A DNA stretch of 64,000 nt from Octopus vulgaris. Taxonomy: Eukaryota. The notes beneath the pieces are model-generated. The model was given only the letters and a program-made list of their open reading frames with translations. It had not been told where the DNA came from and ran no database searches. Location of the stretch: positions 34,472,001-34,536,000 of the forward strand of contig OX597827.1 in assembly GCA_951406725.2 (NCBI GenBank), given 5' to 3'. Below, piece by piece: positions 51,630-63,590 of this stretch (position 1 is its first letter; every line of letters begins with the position of its first letter). Made by a program: the position numbers and the translations under genes.

Positions 51630-53118
51630 CACTCAAATCTTTGGAGGTGAGATACATTGAGTGCACTCGAAAAAACCATTTCACATTGAGGTTACGAACG
51701 CGCTTTACGAAATATTTACCGTCTTTTTTAAGTCATTTTCACATTAGAATATTTTTAATATGCCAAAAAAAATTGTAACGGTATCCTCTTGAAAATTTAA
51801 AAAAACATTAAAATATTCTCTGTTTAAAGAAAGCTAAAATATAAATACTCACCGTACAAACAACTTACATTTTTGCAATCACATTCACTTAAAAATATTT
51901 CTAAATGATTAAAATATTGAGTTTAACAAAAGCGAAAAAAGAAACATTTACTGTAAAACAAAAATTGTATTTTTTCGTTATCAACTCACTGTCTAATAGA
52001 AAAATAAAAGTTTCTACCCTTTCAAGATGAAGATTGTTTTCGGATCATTTTCTCATTATGCACCGTTTTGGATATTTGTACCCCGAAAATCTCTAATATC
52101 TCGAAAACCACTTTACCGATTTACACGAAGCTTGTTTCATTCCGTTTGTATTAACATTTCAGGGTAAACTTAATTCATAGTATTTTCCCATTATGCGCCA
52201 GTTTGGCTGAGTAACATTGAAAGCAAGCAATATTCAAACTGACTTTTAATGTATTATAGATAGATTATTGATTAAACTTGATCAGTATTTCACTGGTATT
52301 TATTTAATCAAGCAAATCACCACCTGCCAGGTGAGATTAACAGCTCAGAACGGAATGGGCTACTATAACTTAGGTACTGGAGGACATTTAGTCCGGTACT
52401 CAACTGATTCCTGGCATGTATTGCTTTCTGCAATATACATATATTGTAGGAACAAAGCAGGTATGGTCGAGTTAATTAACCCACCACCTCAACCCATACA
52501 TTTACTGGTATTTCTTTTATCAACCCAAGTGAATTCAACGTAAATGGGTGAACAAAATTAAAATAAAAGTTTAAGTTGCTGGTTTTAGAAAGTATATATA
52601 AATTGGAGATATACTTGAAGATGAGGAAGGAAAACGGTTGCATAGCTAGTTTTTGTTTTTTTCTTTTTACCGATATACTTCTTTAAATAACTAAAAGATA
52701 GTGAGAATTCTTAGTCCCAAAAGTGGTAGAATTAATAAGAATCATGAAAATAAAACTAGTGAAGTATTTGTTGTTTATAGCCTAAGGTAATTTATGGGAC
52801 TGATCTATGATTAAAGGCATTCTAGCCACGGCTGTCCTGTCTATTTTTCTTGAAGTCCAGAAAGTATCCTGGACTACATGATCCAAATTGTCCAATTTTT
52901 AAGAAGGTAGGATGTGATTTGATGGATGTTTGATTACTATTTCTTGCAACCGGGTTGACAGTATAAAGGACCTTTCACTGACTCGAGACATTTGGCTGCT
53001 ATTTCTAGCTAGGTGCATGGCAACGTTGAAGCTTCTCTTGTTAGCTCAAAATAAGTGTGTGTAAAGAGAAAGGATCCCGACGTTGGAGGTACAGCACTTC
53101 TTCGAAGAGAAGACGTAA

Positions 53119-53513
53119 TCTCTCTATATATAAAGCTGAAGTTGTCTGTGTATGGCAGGTTTGGTAGCCTTTAACTAACACTATCTCCTCTGAGACTCTG
53201 CGGCGCAAGTTGACCAAAATTGAGAGTATGATAGAAGAAGGATTGCTCTTCCTGACATAGAAGAAAAAATTCAAATTGGATCATGTTAACACCAAAAATT
53301 ATTTACATCAAAAAGGTGCTTTTTTTTTCAATGAAAATCCCAACTTTTTACGATTTTTTGACTGCTGTGTCACCATTTTTTGGTGTATTTCAACCAGAAA
53401 AATGTTCACTTAAAGAGAATAACAAGCTACATAATGCAAAAGTTTTACTTTTTCGAAAATTCCAATTCTAAAGGGTCGAAACAAACCCAAGCAATACCAG
53501 GCGATACTGCTAG
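53119..53513 (+). mobile_element. complete non-autonomous Helitron
   Basis: A|TCTCTCTATATATAAAG 5' end; degenerate subterminal hairpin cccaagcaataccaggcg; CTAG|T 3' end; AT target, no TSD. Confidence 0.82.
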
Positions 53514-53990
53514 TTTATTTTAAATCTGTTTTATCTTAAACTGACAGTTTATATCCTAAGACTAACTATCTCTAGCTGTTTAGGGATGACATACCTAGAT
53601 GTGTTGTGCTTTGATAAGAATAGGAAAAAAAATATTGTATCAATTGTTGTCGTTGTTGGCTGTTGGTCAGCTCTGATTGAACAGGATTATTAAAATCATC
53701 CCAACATCAACGAAAAAGGCAAATTTCCTACAATTTAGGACTACATTGGGATCTTTTTCTAATTTTTTTGCACCTATCAGAATTGTTCCAAATTTTCTAC
53801 ATTGATGTAGTTTTGCATACTGATGACAAAAATTGCATTCAGTTTCTCTAGAAACTAAAAATAGCCTCCTTCCTTTCTTTCTATGACATTTGGGTATGAC
53901 TTGAGGAAATTAGGCTTGGGTCAACCTTGCCTTTCATCCTCTACCAGTCATTGTGATCGTTTTGACATTGTTTTAATATTCCTATGAAGA

Positions 53991-54206
53991 GAAGGCAACA
54001 AGCTGGCAGAATCATTATCACGCCGGGCAATAGGTTTAGCGGCATTTCGTCCGTCTTTACGTTTTGAATTCAAATTCCGCTGAGGTCAACTTTGCCTTTC
54101 ATCCTTTAGTGGGTGATAAAATGGATACCATTGAGCACTGGGGTCAATGTAATCGACTTAACCCCTATCCCAAAACTTCAGGCCTTGTGCCTATTGTAGA
54201 AAGGAA
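53991..54206 (+). mobile_element. OK-like SINE
   Basis: Same family as 19516-19750; flanked by a repeated aatattcctatgaa (possible TSD). Confidence 0.8.
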
Positions 54207-54876
54207 TATTCCTATGAAACATCCTTATATAATAAATGTGATTATAATAGAGGACTATGCCGAAGCTCCTTTGCTCCATAGTTATGACAGCGTTAAATAA
54301 CTTTACCGTGAAATGTCATGTATTAATATTTATCACCAAAGACTACATCAAAATTATGGGTGCCTAATGTGGCTGAACAAACAACACAACATTCTCAAAA
54401 TTTAGCCTTGATCTGACCACTTTTTCACCATTTCTGTCTGTATATGGAATAGTATAAGGACAGGCATGGATGTAATGTTAAGGATTTCCTTTTGCAACTG
54501 TTTGGTTTGGGTTTTAACCTTATTGTGTGGTGCCTTCGGCAAGTATCATGCAACATAGGACCAAACCCTTTTGAACGGAATTTAGTAAACAGAAACCACG
54601 TCGGCGTTTATTGGCTGAACTATGATTGGATAAAAGACTTTGTCCATCAACAATTTTAACACCGCCACCCAACATTTGGGTACCTTTAGGTGGGGGTCCA
54701 CTTTGTTGCTAGTATTCAGGCTAGGTCTCTGATCTGTCCATAACTTACTTCCCACTGGTCTTGGAGATCTTAAAAAGATTAATAGTGCTGAAAAATATGC
54801 CTCCTTCCCCTAAAAGATAAAGCTTATGCTTAAGAAAGCTATTGTTGCTGATAGTAATGATGTTGATATTAATATT

Positions 54877-54915
54877 GTTTTTTTTTTTTTGCTTTTCTTT
54901 TCCTGTTTCTTGCAG
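54877..54915 (+). other. strong splice acceptor upstream of the second ZNF CDS
   Basis: Long polypyrimidine tract ending tgcag|gtgatcc; an in-frame TAA precedes the ATG at 54957. Confidence 0.75.
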
Positions 54916-54956
54916 GTGATCCAGTTTCAAGATAATATCAAACCCATAAAGCCATC

Positions 54957-57389
54957 ATGCAACCTGCTGCTACCAACTTAAAGGTTCCTGCACCCGGCAG
55001 CACATTCACACATTCAAATGACTTCAAAAACAACAGCGGTGGTGAAAGTGATGATGATAGTATTGATGGCAATACTGATGGTGTTAGTAATGGCAGTGGT
55101 GCTCCTGGTAGTGGTGGTGGTGACGGTGGTGGTGGCGGTGGTGGTGGTGGTGATGGTGGTAGTGGTGTTGTTGATGGTACTGGTGATAGTAGTGTTACTG
55201 GTGGTAATGGCAGTGGTGGTGGTGATGCTGGTGGTGGTGGTGGTGGTGGTAGTAGTGGCAACGGTAGTGGCAGTGGAGTTGGTGATGCTGATGCTGCTGC
55301 TGCTGGGCCATCTCCAACTATCTCACCCCCTACAATTTCCAGCCCTCCTAATTTGCAACCTGGTGCACCTACTTCTCCACAGAACAGTCACTCTTCCTCA
55401 TCATTATCACCTAGCAATAGAGACAGTAGCCCTAGCAGCAATCCCAAAGTCATGTACTCCATGCCATCAATGTATTCCTCAGTAGGAGCATCTATGCCAA
55501 TGGGATTAAACAACAACCAACATCAGCTGCTCAACAGCTTCTTCAACCAGGATTTCTACTCTGGCCAGTCTCAGTCAGGAGCCACGTGTTCTTCCACTTC
55601 CTCTATGCTCGGTTTACCAACAGGCATGATCTATCCATCTGAACACTACACTAAATGTTATCGTCGGAGTTTCAATGAACGGAAGCCTTACAAATGTGAA
55701 GTTTGTCGGAAAGGTTTCTCACGGAGGGTAAACCTAAACAATCACGAAAAAGCCCCAACAGGGGAAAAGCACTTTTATTGTGAATATTGTAAAAAAGCAT
55801 TTGCACAGAGGGCTCACTTAAAAACTCATGAATTAACCCATACTGGAATTAAACCTTACACCTGTTCCTATTGTGGCAAGATGTTTGCACAGAGAGCCAA
55901 CTTTGATAACCATCGGAGAATACACACGGGGGAAAAGCCATACCACTGCAATTTCTGTGAGAAGTCTTTCTCACAGCAAACCAACCTAGACAACCATGAA
56001 CGAACACACACAGGATTGAAACCTTACCGCTGTGAATTCTGCTCGAAATCTTTTTCTCAACGTACTAACTTAGATAACCACAAACGTATCCATACCGGTG
56101 ATTTGTTTCGTTGCTCGTTTTGTTCGAAACCGTTTACACAGCAGATAAATCTACGTAACCATGAACGTATTCATACCGGCGAGCGACCGTATGCATGTTC
56201 TTACTGCCCTAAAGCGTTCTGCCAACAGACAGAACTTAAGAACCATGAACGCACACATACAGGCGAGAAACCATTTATCTGCTCTATTTGTATGAAAGCA
56301 TTTAGTCAGCAAGGTAACCTGAAAATACACATGCGAATACACACAGGGGAAAAGCCATTTGTGTGTGATATCTGCTCCAAAGCATTTAGCCAACGTACTA
56401 ATCTGGACAATCATAGACGTATTCACACAGGAGATATGTTTAGATGTAGCTTCTGCTCGAAAGAGTTCAGCCAACGTGTGAACCTGCGTAATCATGAACG
56501 CATTCACACAGGGGAGAAGCCATTTAATTGCTCTGTGTGTTCAAAGTCATTTAGCCAACAGGGAAACCTCAAGAACCACTTGAGGACACACTCTGGTGAG
56601 AAACCTTACAGCTGTGAACTATGTGGGAAATGTTTTGCTCAGCGGACCACATTAGATAATCATTTACGAAGTCATGCCCTTGCTGCAGCAAAGCAACAAG
56701 CTGCTAGAGCTGTTCCAAACAATTCACTTGTAACAAATACTACCAATCCTATCAACAACAACAACAGCAGTAGTAGTGGTGGTGTTGGGGTTGGGGTTGG
56801 TGTTGGTGTTGGTACCAATAATGCCAGTAATAATAACAACAGCAGTAATACCGCCAACCACAGTCGTTCTAATGCAAACCATCCCCATGGCAACCATGGC
56901 CCTCCAGATAGCCAAGCTTTTAACAAGTCCTTCAACTGTGATATCATTGTTCCAACACCTCCTATATCTAACCGGGGTCTGTCTGGGATGGGCGAAAACT
57001 CCAACTACAACCACAGCACAGGGGGAAATCATAATAAAAACAGCCTTAAGAGTTCCGACACCAACCAATCACAACCATTGAGCCATCCTCATCACCAATA
57101 CTCCTCTCCCCACTTCCTCTCACACTCCACACACCCACTGCGTTCACATATAGATGATGACCGCAATCTGCGGGAGTCACAAAGTGGGGGATTCCGGCTG
57201 CAGCCACCTGCTGTGTCCTCCTCATGGTTAAACTCTGCCTACTTGCAGGAGATGCCTGCAAACTGGGAAAGTAACTACTTGTGGTCAAGAGGTTTTCCTA
57301 TTGCCCCGATATCATCCAGTGGTTGGAATAATGTCACAGCTGGCCTCTCATGTGGGAGGAAACTGAACAGATCTAGAGATCTTTGCTGA
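54957..57389 (+). CDS. C2H2 zinc-finger protein, 11 canonical plus 1 degenerate finger, Gly/Ser-rich N-terminus and Asn/His-rich C-terminus, 810 aa
   Basis: Intact ORF with tandem fingers and TGEKP-type linkers. Confidence 0.95.
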   Translation: MQPAATNLKVPAPGSTFTHSNDFKNNSGGESDDDSIDGNTDGVSNGSGAPGSGGGDGGGGGGGGGDGGSGVVDGTGDSSVTGGNGSGGGDAGGGGGGGSSGNGSGSGVGDADAAAAGPSPTISPPTISSPPNLQPGAPTSPQNSHSSSSLSPSNRDSSPSSNPKVMYSMPSMYSSVGASMPMGLNNNQHQLLNSFFNQDFYSGQSQSGATCSSTSSMLGLPTGMIYPSEHYTKCYRRSFNERKPYKCEVCRKGFSRRVNLNNHEKAPTGEKHFYCEYCKKAFAQRAHLKTHELTHTGIKPYTCSYCGKMFAQRANFDNHRRIHTGEKPYHCNFCEKSFSQQTNLDNHERTHTGLKPYRCEFCSKSFSQRTNLDNHKRIHTGDLFRCSFCSKPFTQQINLRNHERIHTGERPYACSYCPKAFCQQTELKNHERTHTGEKPFICSICMKAFSQQGNLKIHMRIHTGEKPFVCDICSKAFSQRTNLDNHRRIHTGDMFRCSFCSKEFSQRVNLRNHERIHTGEKPFNCSVCSKSFSQQGNLKNHLRTHSGEKPYSCELCGKCFAQRTTLDNHLRSHALAAAKQQAARAVPNNSLVTNTTNPINNNNSSSSGGVGVGVGVGVGTNNASNNNNSSNTANHSRSNANHPHGNHGPPDSQAFNKSFNCDIIVPTPPISNRGLSGMGENSNYNHSTGGNHNKNSLKSSDTNQSQPLSHPHHQYSSPHFLSHSTHPLRSHIDDDRNLRESQSGGFRLQPPAVSSSWLNSAYLQEMPANWESNYLWSRGFPIAPISSSGWNNVTAGLSCGRKLNRSRDLC

Positions 57390-58324
57390 TCCATGTCATC
57401 CATTGTGAAATGTCCATGTTAGAGATGGTGATGGTATCTAACAGATTTTTGTGGCATTTGTCAACCCTTGTCTTATTTTCATACACACGCATACACATCT
57501 ACTTAAAAAATACATGCATGTATAAATATATATTCATTCATACTCACTCACATGCATGTATGTAAATATACATAGACACACATATCAGTACATACACACA
57601 TCCACACATGTACACACATCAATGCATACATACATTAGAACATATACTTATTGATTCATCCACACTGATCAATACATTATATACACACACACCCACGCAC
57701 ACATACACACACACCCACGCACACATACACACACACACATATATTCATTCACATGCTCCAATACACACATATATACATTTATTTTATGAGTGCATTTGTC
57801 TTGCAATATGTATACATACACACAAGTATGCACTTAGTGATGTTTTGAGCTGTCCATTCTTATTTGTTTAACATATATATATGTGTGTGTGTTTGTGTGT
57901 GTGTGTATGTATGTACAGCACTCACACTCTTCAAGACCTTCACCCTTTCTCTCTCTCTCCTGCCACCTGGACCACCAATAACTAACCCTTCCAATTAGAT
58001 GTTCGGCCCTCCATTGTTGGTTGCAACATACCTGTATCATCACAAATCTGTGAAGTCCTTCTTTCAGGCAGTCTACCATGCTGTTGAGAGTTAGGAAATT
58101 GTAGCTCAATACCAGCACTACATAGTGCAATCTTCTAATTACCTGAGTAATGCTGTATGTCATGTGAAGAACCTGTGTTGTGGAATTATTTCAATCCCTA
58201 TGATAGGCTGCAAACCCAGCATTTCAAAAACTTCATGTCTGATTTTATCTTCATGATTTTAAGTTCACATTTCTGAGGTGTAAGTTGCAATTGATAAAAA
58301 GTATATATGCATATATATAAATGG

Positions 58325-58355
<31 letters not shown>

Positions 58356-58679
58356 TTTGTGTTTATCCATTTGTTTAACATCCATTTCTCCATACTAGCT
58401 TGAGCTGGACAAATCATACAACTGAGACATTTTTTCATCAGTAGATGCCATTCCTGTCACTATTCTCTACCAGTTTTGAAGCAAGGGACTTTTTATTCCA
58501 CACATCTTTGAAAGGAAAGTGCTAGCAAATGATTTGTTGACTGGGAGTGCCAAGAAAACGCCATTTTTGGCTCAAAATTTTTCGTGTGAAAGAAGGAATC
58601 CAAGCATTCACACTGACATAAACACACACACATTTCAAATATGTGGGTATGTGAATGTATGTATATGCATATAAATACG

Positions 58680-59250
58680 TACATACATACATACATGGTG
58701 GCTGCCCCCTCGTTATCGAGTATGGCCATTGCATGAAGCTTCATCAATGTTGTTATCGTGCAATACCTGTGCAAGAAGATTTTTTTTAAAGTGAGGAAAG
58801 GCTGTGCACTTAGTCAATCTCACTCACTAAGCAACAGCAGCCATAATCTGAAAAGAAGAACAAGTCAACATCATCAGTAACCACTGAGCCGCAGGTTTTA
58901 TGTTGGAGTTATCCCAGTTACCTGAGTTACCTTCTCCTAGAAGGATGCCCTAACAAAGGCTAGGAGTCCTTCACTCCCAATGGTTTAACCGCGCGATCAG
59001 GTATTCAGTCCAATTATTTCTATGTCCCCGCGCATGATACAGCCCTAAGACATTTATTGGATGGCCATTGACTCTCAAGAGTTCCTCTGCCCTTTTGACG
59101 GGTTTTGTTTTTCATCCCACAGGGTGTCCAATAAACACCCTCCTCACCAAGCAAGCTTGGTGGGGTTGCTGGTTTAGTTGCCGACGACCCAACCATGCAA
59201 CAGGTTGTACTGGGTTACATGTTACCAGTAGCACTCGAAAGTGACCTGAC
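58680..59250 (-). mobile_element. non-autonomous RTE-derived element (5' UTR joined to 3' tail)
   Basis: Minus strand begins with a structured GC-rich UTR (gggtcgtcggcaactaaaccagcaacccc) and ends gggggcagccacca(tgta)n; no ORF. Family assignment from recalled resemblance. Confidence 0.4.
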
Positions 59251-59414
59251 ACATACATACAGAACAATATAGCTACCATTTACCAATCTCCCTCTTAGGG
59301 CATTGATTGGCCTGAGACTACTGTAGAAGTTACTTGCCCACATTTGGTATGCATTAAGATAGAAATCAAGAATACATATTAACAAAGTGAACTCTCTATT
59401 CACAGATAAATGTT

Positions 59415-59462
59415 CTCTCTGATGAGTTCATCAGCAATGTAACAGCACTAGTCCTGTAAGAG
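59415..59462 (+). ncRNA. hammerhead ribozyme with one core substitution (GAAA to GTAA)
   Basis: ctct CTGATGA gttcatcagcaat GTAA cag-cactagtc-ctg TA agag. Confidence 0.55.
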
Positions 59463-60366
59463 TTTTGTTTTTAAATATATTATACATATAAACATGTGTG
59501 TGTGTATGTATATGTATATATACATAATATATATATTACTCACCTACACCCTCACACACACACATACTCTCACATAAACACACATATGTTCATGTACACT
59601 CAACTTACATCTCTGAAACCTCAATGTGTGTAGATATGTCTAAATATTTCACTATTGTAAATAACATGATATTGGTCAGTTGCTGCTTCAGCACCAATTC
59701 TGATTACTCGACAACAAATATAGATCAATTTGTAACAAACTGTCACATTAGTTGGGGCCTGATCTAATATTTTAAAAAATTTTCTTTTTAATTCTAATCA
59801 CAAACTAACTTAGATGAGCTTAAACAAGTCAGTTAATTATTAGAGCTTTTAGCTCATAGTTTAATTTTAATTTCAGACTTGGAACAATTTAGAAGTGTTT
59901 AGATCATTCATAATTATGAAATAGATATTATGGGTAACTCTTAGACTGTGAATTCACAAATGAAATGATTTGCAGTATTTAGTTCCATTTCTTTACATTC
60001 TGTACTCAAATAACACCATCATTCTGGGGCCAATATTATAAAATACTACCCTATTATTAAAGTCCAGTATTATTGACTGTACCCCTCCCCTGCAAATTTG
60101 AGGCCTTAGAAATCATAATTATTATTATTTTTCATTTTCAACTTATTTCAGTCATTGAACTGTGACCATGCTGGGGCACTGCCTTGAAGAGTTTTAGCTG
60201 AACAAATTGATCCAAGTACTTAATGATTTTCCCTTAAGTCTGGTACTTATTCTATCAGTCTCATTTTTGCTTCTTATTTTTGCTAAACAGCTAAGTTACA
60301 GGAACATAGATATATCAACAGCAGTTGTCAAGCAGTGGGTGAGATGAGAAACACAGACACACTGAC

Positions 60367-60413
<47 letters not shown>

Positions 60414-61202
60414 ACTAAAGGCAGTGTTCCAGCATGACCACAGTCAAATGTTGAAACAGGTAAAAGAATTAAAGAAATATATATACATGAATGTGTGACA
60501 ATCTATCAAATTCACTTACAAAGCAATGGTCAATCTGAAGTTATAATTGAAAACACTTGCCCAAAGTGCTGCACTTTGGAACTGAATCCAAAACCATTGC
60601 AAAGTTAGCTTCTTAACCATATAATCATGCCTGACAAATTCTCACTCAGTTCCTTTTGTTTTTTTTTTATCTTTCTAGCATCTCTTGTATTTATTTTACA
60701 TATGATATCCACTTTTGTCCCCTGTCTAGTTAGATTGCTTTTTCTTACTGTTGACCACTCAAAAATGAAAGTAGAATCCATCATCTGTCAGGTAAATAGA
60801 ACCAAGTTGTCCTTACTTGGGTACATAACACGAGAGGCTGTATCATCTCTGGAACTTATGAACATGCATATGCACACACACATACATATATGGTCATTAG
60901 TTTACTGCCACTTCTAAATTATGTGTGTGTGTATAAATGATAAATATATACATATATTTATATATGGTCATCATATATGTTTAGGTGTTTGCAAATATTG
61001 GCTATCAATTCTATATCCATAGATAAAAATTATCCATACAAGATGAAAACTATCCATGCAAGCTGAAATTCTGAGTTGGGTTGATTAGTCACAAATTAAA
61101 AATAAATTAAAGCAAAGAAATGAAGTTTATGGGATTATCTTCAATTCTTTCATTACAATTTCCATACAACATGAAAAATATATTTCATGAATATTAATAT
61201 AT

Positions 61203-61645
61203 AAGGTGGTGTGCTTGGCAGAGTTGTTAGCCTTGCCAGGCAAAATGCTCAGCAGAATTTTGTCTGTCTTTACATTTCCAGTTCAAATTCTGCTAAGGTT
61301 GACTTTGCCTTTCATCCTTTTGGAATCAGTAAAATAAGTACCAATTGAGCAGTGGTGTCAATCTAATCGACCTATCCCTCCCCGAAAATTGCTGGCCTTG
61401 TGCCAAAACTTAAAAACAGTATGAATATATACAGCAGTAAGCTGATGGAATCATGAGCATACCAGGCAAAATGCTTAGTGGAATTTCATCTATCTTTAAA
61501 TTCTGAGTTCACATTCTGCCAAGGTCGACTTTGCCTTTCATCCTTTTGGGGTTGATAAAATAAGTACCAGTTGAACACTGGAGTTGATGTATTCAACTTA
61601 ACCTCTCCCCAAAATTGCTAGCCTTGTACCAAAATTTGAAACCAG
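61203..61645 (+). mobile_element. two tandem OK-like SINEs
   Basis: Same family as 19516. Confidence 0.8.
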
Positions 61646-61859
61646 TATTAATATGAAAATAATTAATTCATAACATTATTATAATGTGTGTGTGTATGTG
61701 TATATATATATATATATATTACGGAGATGTACTCGCATAGCAAGTAATTTGATCTGAGATCGTGTGCTGAAACGAAAACAATTGCAGCGTGGAAGGTGTT
61801 TATAAGCCATTTAAGAAACACACAAAAGCCGTTCGATTCACTTCAACATTTAAGTTTAA

Positions 61860-61909
61860 TTTGTCAAAATATTTTCGTCGCTAAAATCCGCGACCTGTTC
61901 ACTGACAAA
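61860..61909 (-). ncRNA. minimal type I hammerhead ribozyme with G3:C8 covaried core, within a (TA)n-flanked insert at 61719-61927
   Basis: Minus strand: tttgtca GTGAACA g gtcgc-ggatttta-gcgac GAAA atat TT tgacaaa. Confidence 0.7.
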
Positions 61910-61943
61910 GTCCGTGCTGCATCACGGTATATATATATATATG

Positions 61944-61982
<39 letters not shown>

Positions 61983-62366
61983 AAAAAGGTCATAAGGCCA
62001 GTTTCCCATGACATAGCATGGCATATATATTGCAGGATTACTCATTTTTGCCAGCTGAATGGACTGGAGTCACATGAAGTGAAGTATTTTGCACACAAGA
62101 ACACAATGCAGTGTCCAGTAATTGAAACCACAATCTTATGATCATGAGGGCAATATCTTAACCACTAAGCCATATGCCTCCACATATACTATATATATAT
62201 AATAATATATGTACTTTTATGTATGTAAACCATGTGCATCTCTTCAAACTTAATTCCAAAAGAAACATTATTTTTGAAACTTAGTCTGAAGAAATGTACA
62301 TGGTTTATATTGAAAAAATATGTTTAGTATGATATTATAAATTCGTTATATTCATATTGATATATA

Positions 62367-62800
62367 AGGCGGCGAGCTTGCAGACATGTTTGTCTGCCAT
62401 TACATTCTGAGTTCAAATTCCGCTGAGATCGACTTTGCCTTTCATCCTTTCGGGGTCGATAAATTAAGTGCCAGTTTCGCACTGAGGTCGATGTAATCGA
62501 CTTAATCGCTTTGTCTGTCCTTGTTTGTTCCCTCTGTGTTTAGCCCCTTGTGGGTAGTAAAGAAATATATATTCATATTGATATTAATATTTCTATTCAT
62601 GAGAAGACAGTGAGCTGGCAGAATCTTTAGCATGCAGGGCAAAATGCTTAGTGACATTTCATCTGTCTTAATGTTCTGAGTTCAACTTTCCCTTTCATCC
62701 ATTCAGGGCCGATAAAATTAGTACCAGCACTGGGGGTCAATGTAATGTAATTGACTTACCTCACTCTCCTGAACTTGCCATTTCCAAATCTGAAACCAAT
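62367..62800 (+). mobile_element. two OK-like SINEs
   Basis: Same family; the first copy is flanked by a repeated tatattcatattgatat (possible TSD). Confidence 0.8.
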
Positions 62801-63278
62801 ATTTCTCTTCATGAAATATATTTCTCATGTTGTATGGAAACAACCGTAACTAAATAACTACAGATAATACCATAAATTCCACTTTTTGATTTGATATGTG
62901 TGTGCATGGTCATTTGTTCATCATCATTTAAGCTTAATCAAATCTTAATTACTAAACTTAGACTAGAGTAAATATGTCTGTGTTCTATAATAGTGATTTG
63001 ATTCTGTATATAACAAAACTTACAATATTTTTATAATATTGAGTGCGAACTGCTGATATTCTTTACCTGTCATTATATAATATCACCTCCTTCTCCCTTT
63101 ATTCTTTGTTTGATGATCTCTGACATGGTATTGCTACTCACTGATTGTAAACGGAATATTGCTACCCTCAGTATATTTCTGGAAAGTGCGTTATTCTCAT
63201 AGAGATATTCCTCAGTCTATAATATTATATATAAGTATCATCACTAATATATAATATTATATATATATATATATTTGT

Positions 63279-63590
63279 AAGGTGGTGAGCTGGCAGAATC
63301 ATTAGCATGCTGGGTGAAATGCTTAGCTGCATTTCAGCCTTCTTCACGTTCTGAGTTCAAATTCTGCTGAGGTCGACTTTGCCTTTCATCCTTTCAGGAT
63401 CAATAAAATAAGTACTAGTTGCATACTGGGGTCAATCTAATCAACTGGCCTACTCCCCCAAAATTTCGAGCCTTGTGCCTAGAGTAGAAAAGAATAAAAT
63501 AAGTACCAGTTGAGTACTGGGGTCAATGTAATTCTCCAAAATTACCCCTCCTCCAAAATTGCTGGCCTTCTACCAAAATTTGAAGCCAGT
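63279..63590 (+). mobile_element. OK-like SINE plus duplicated 3' part
   Basis: Same family as 19516. Confidence 0.8.

Noticed and set aside
53820-53860. Other CTGATGA/TCATCAG hits (4405, 11405, 17079, 22925, 53820, 58435, 58871, 63634)
   Set aside because: No properly spaced GAAA-stem-NUH was apparent; several lie within TE coding sequence.
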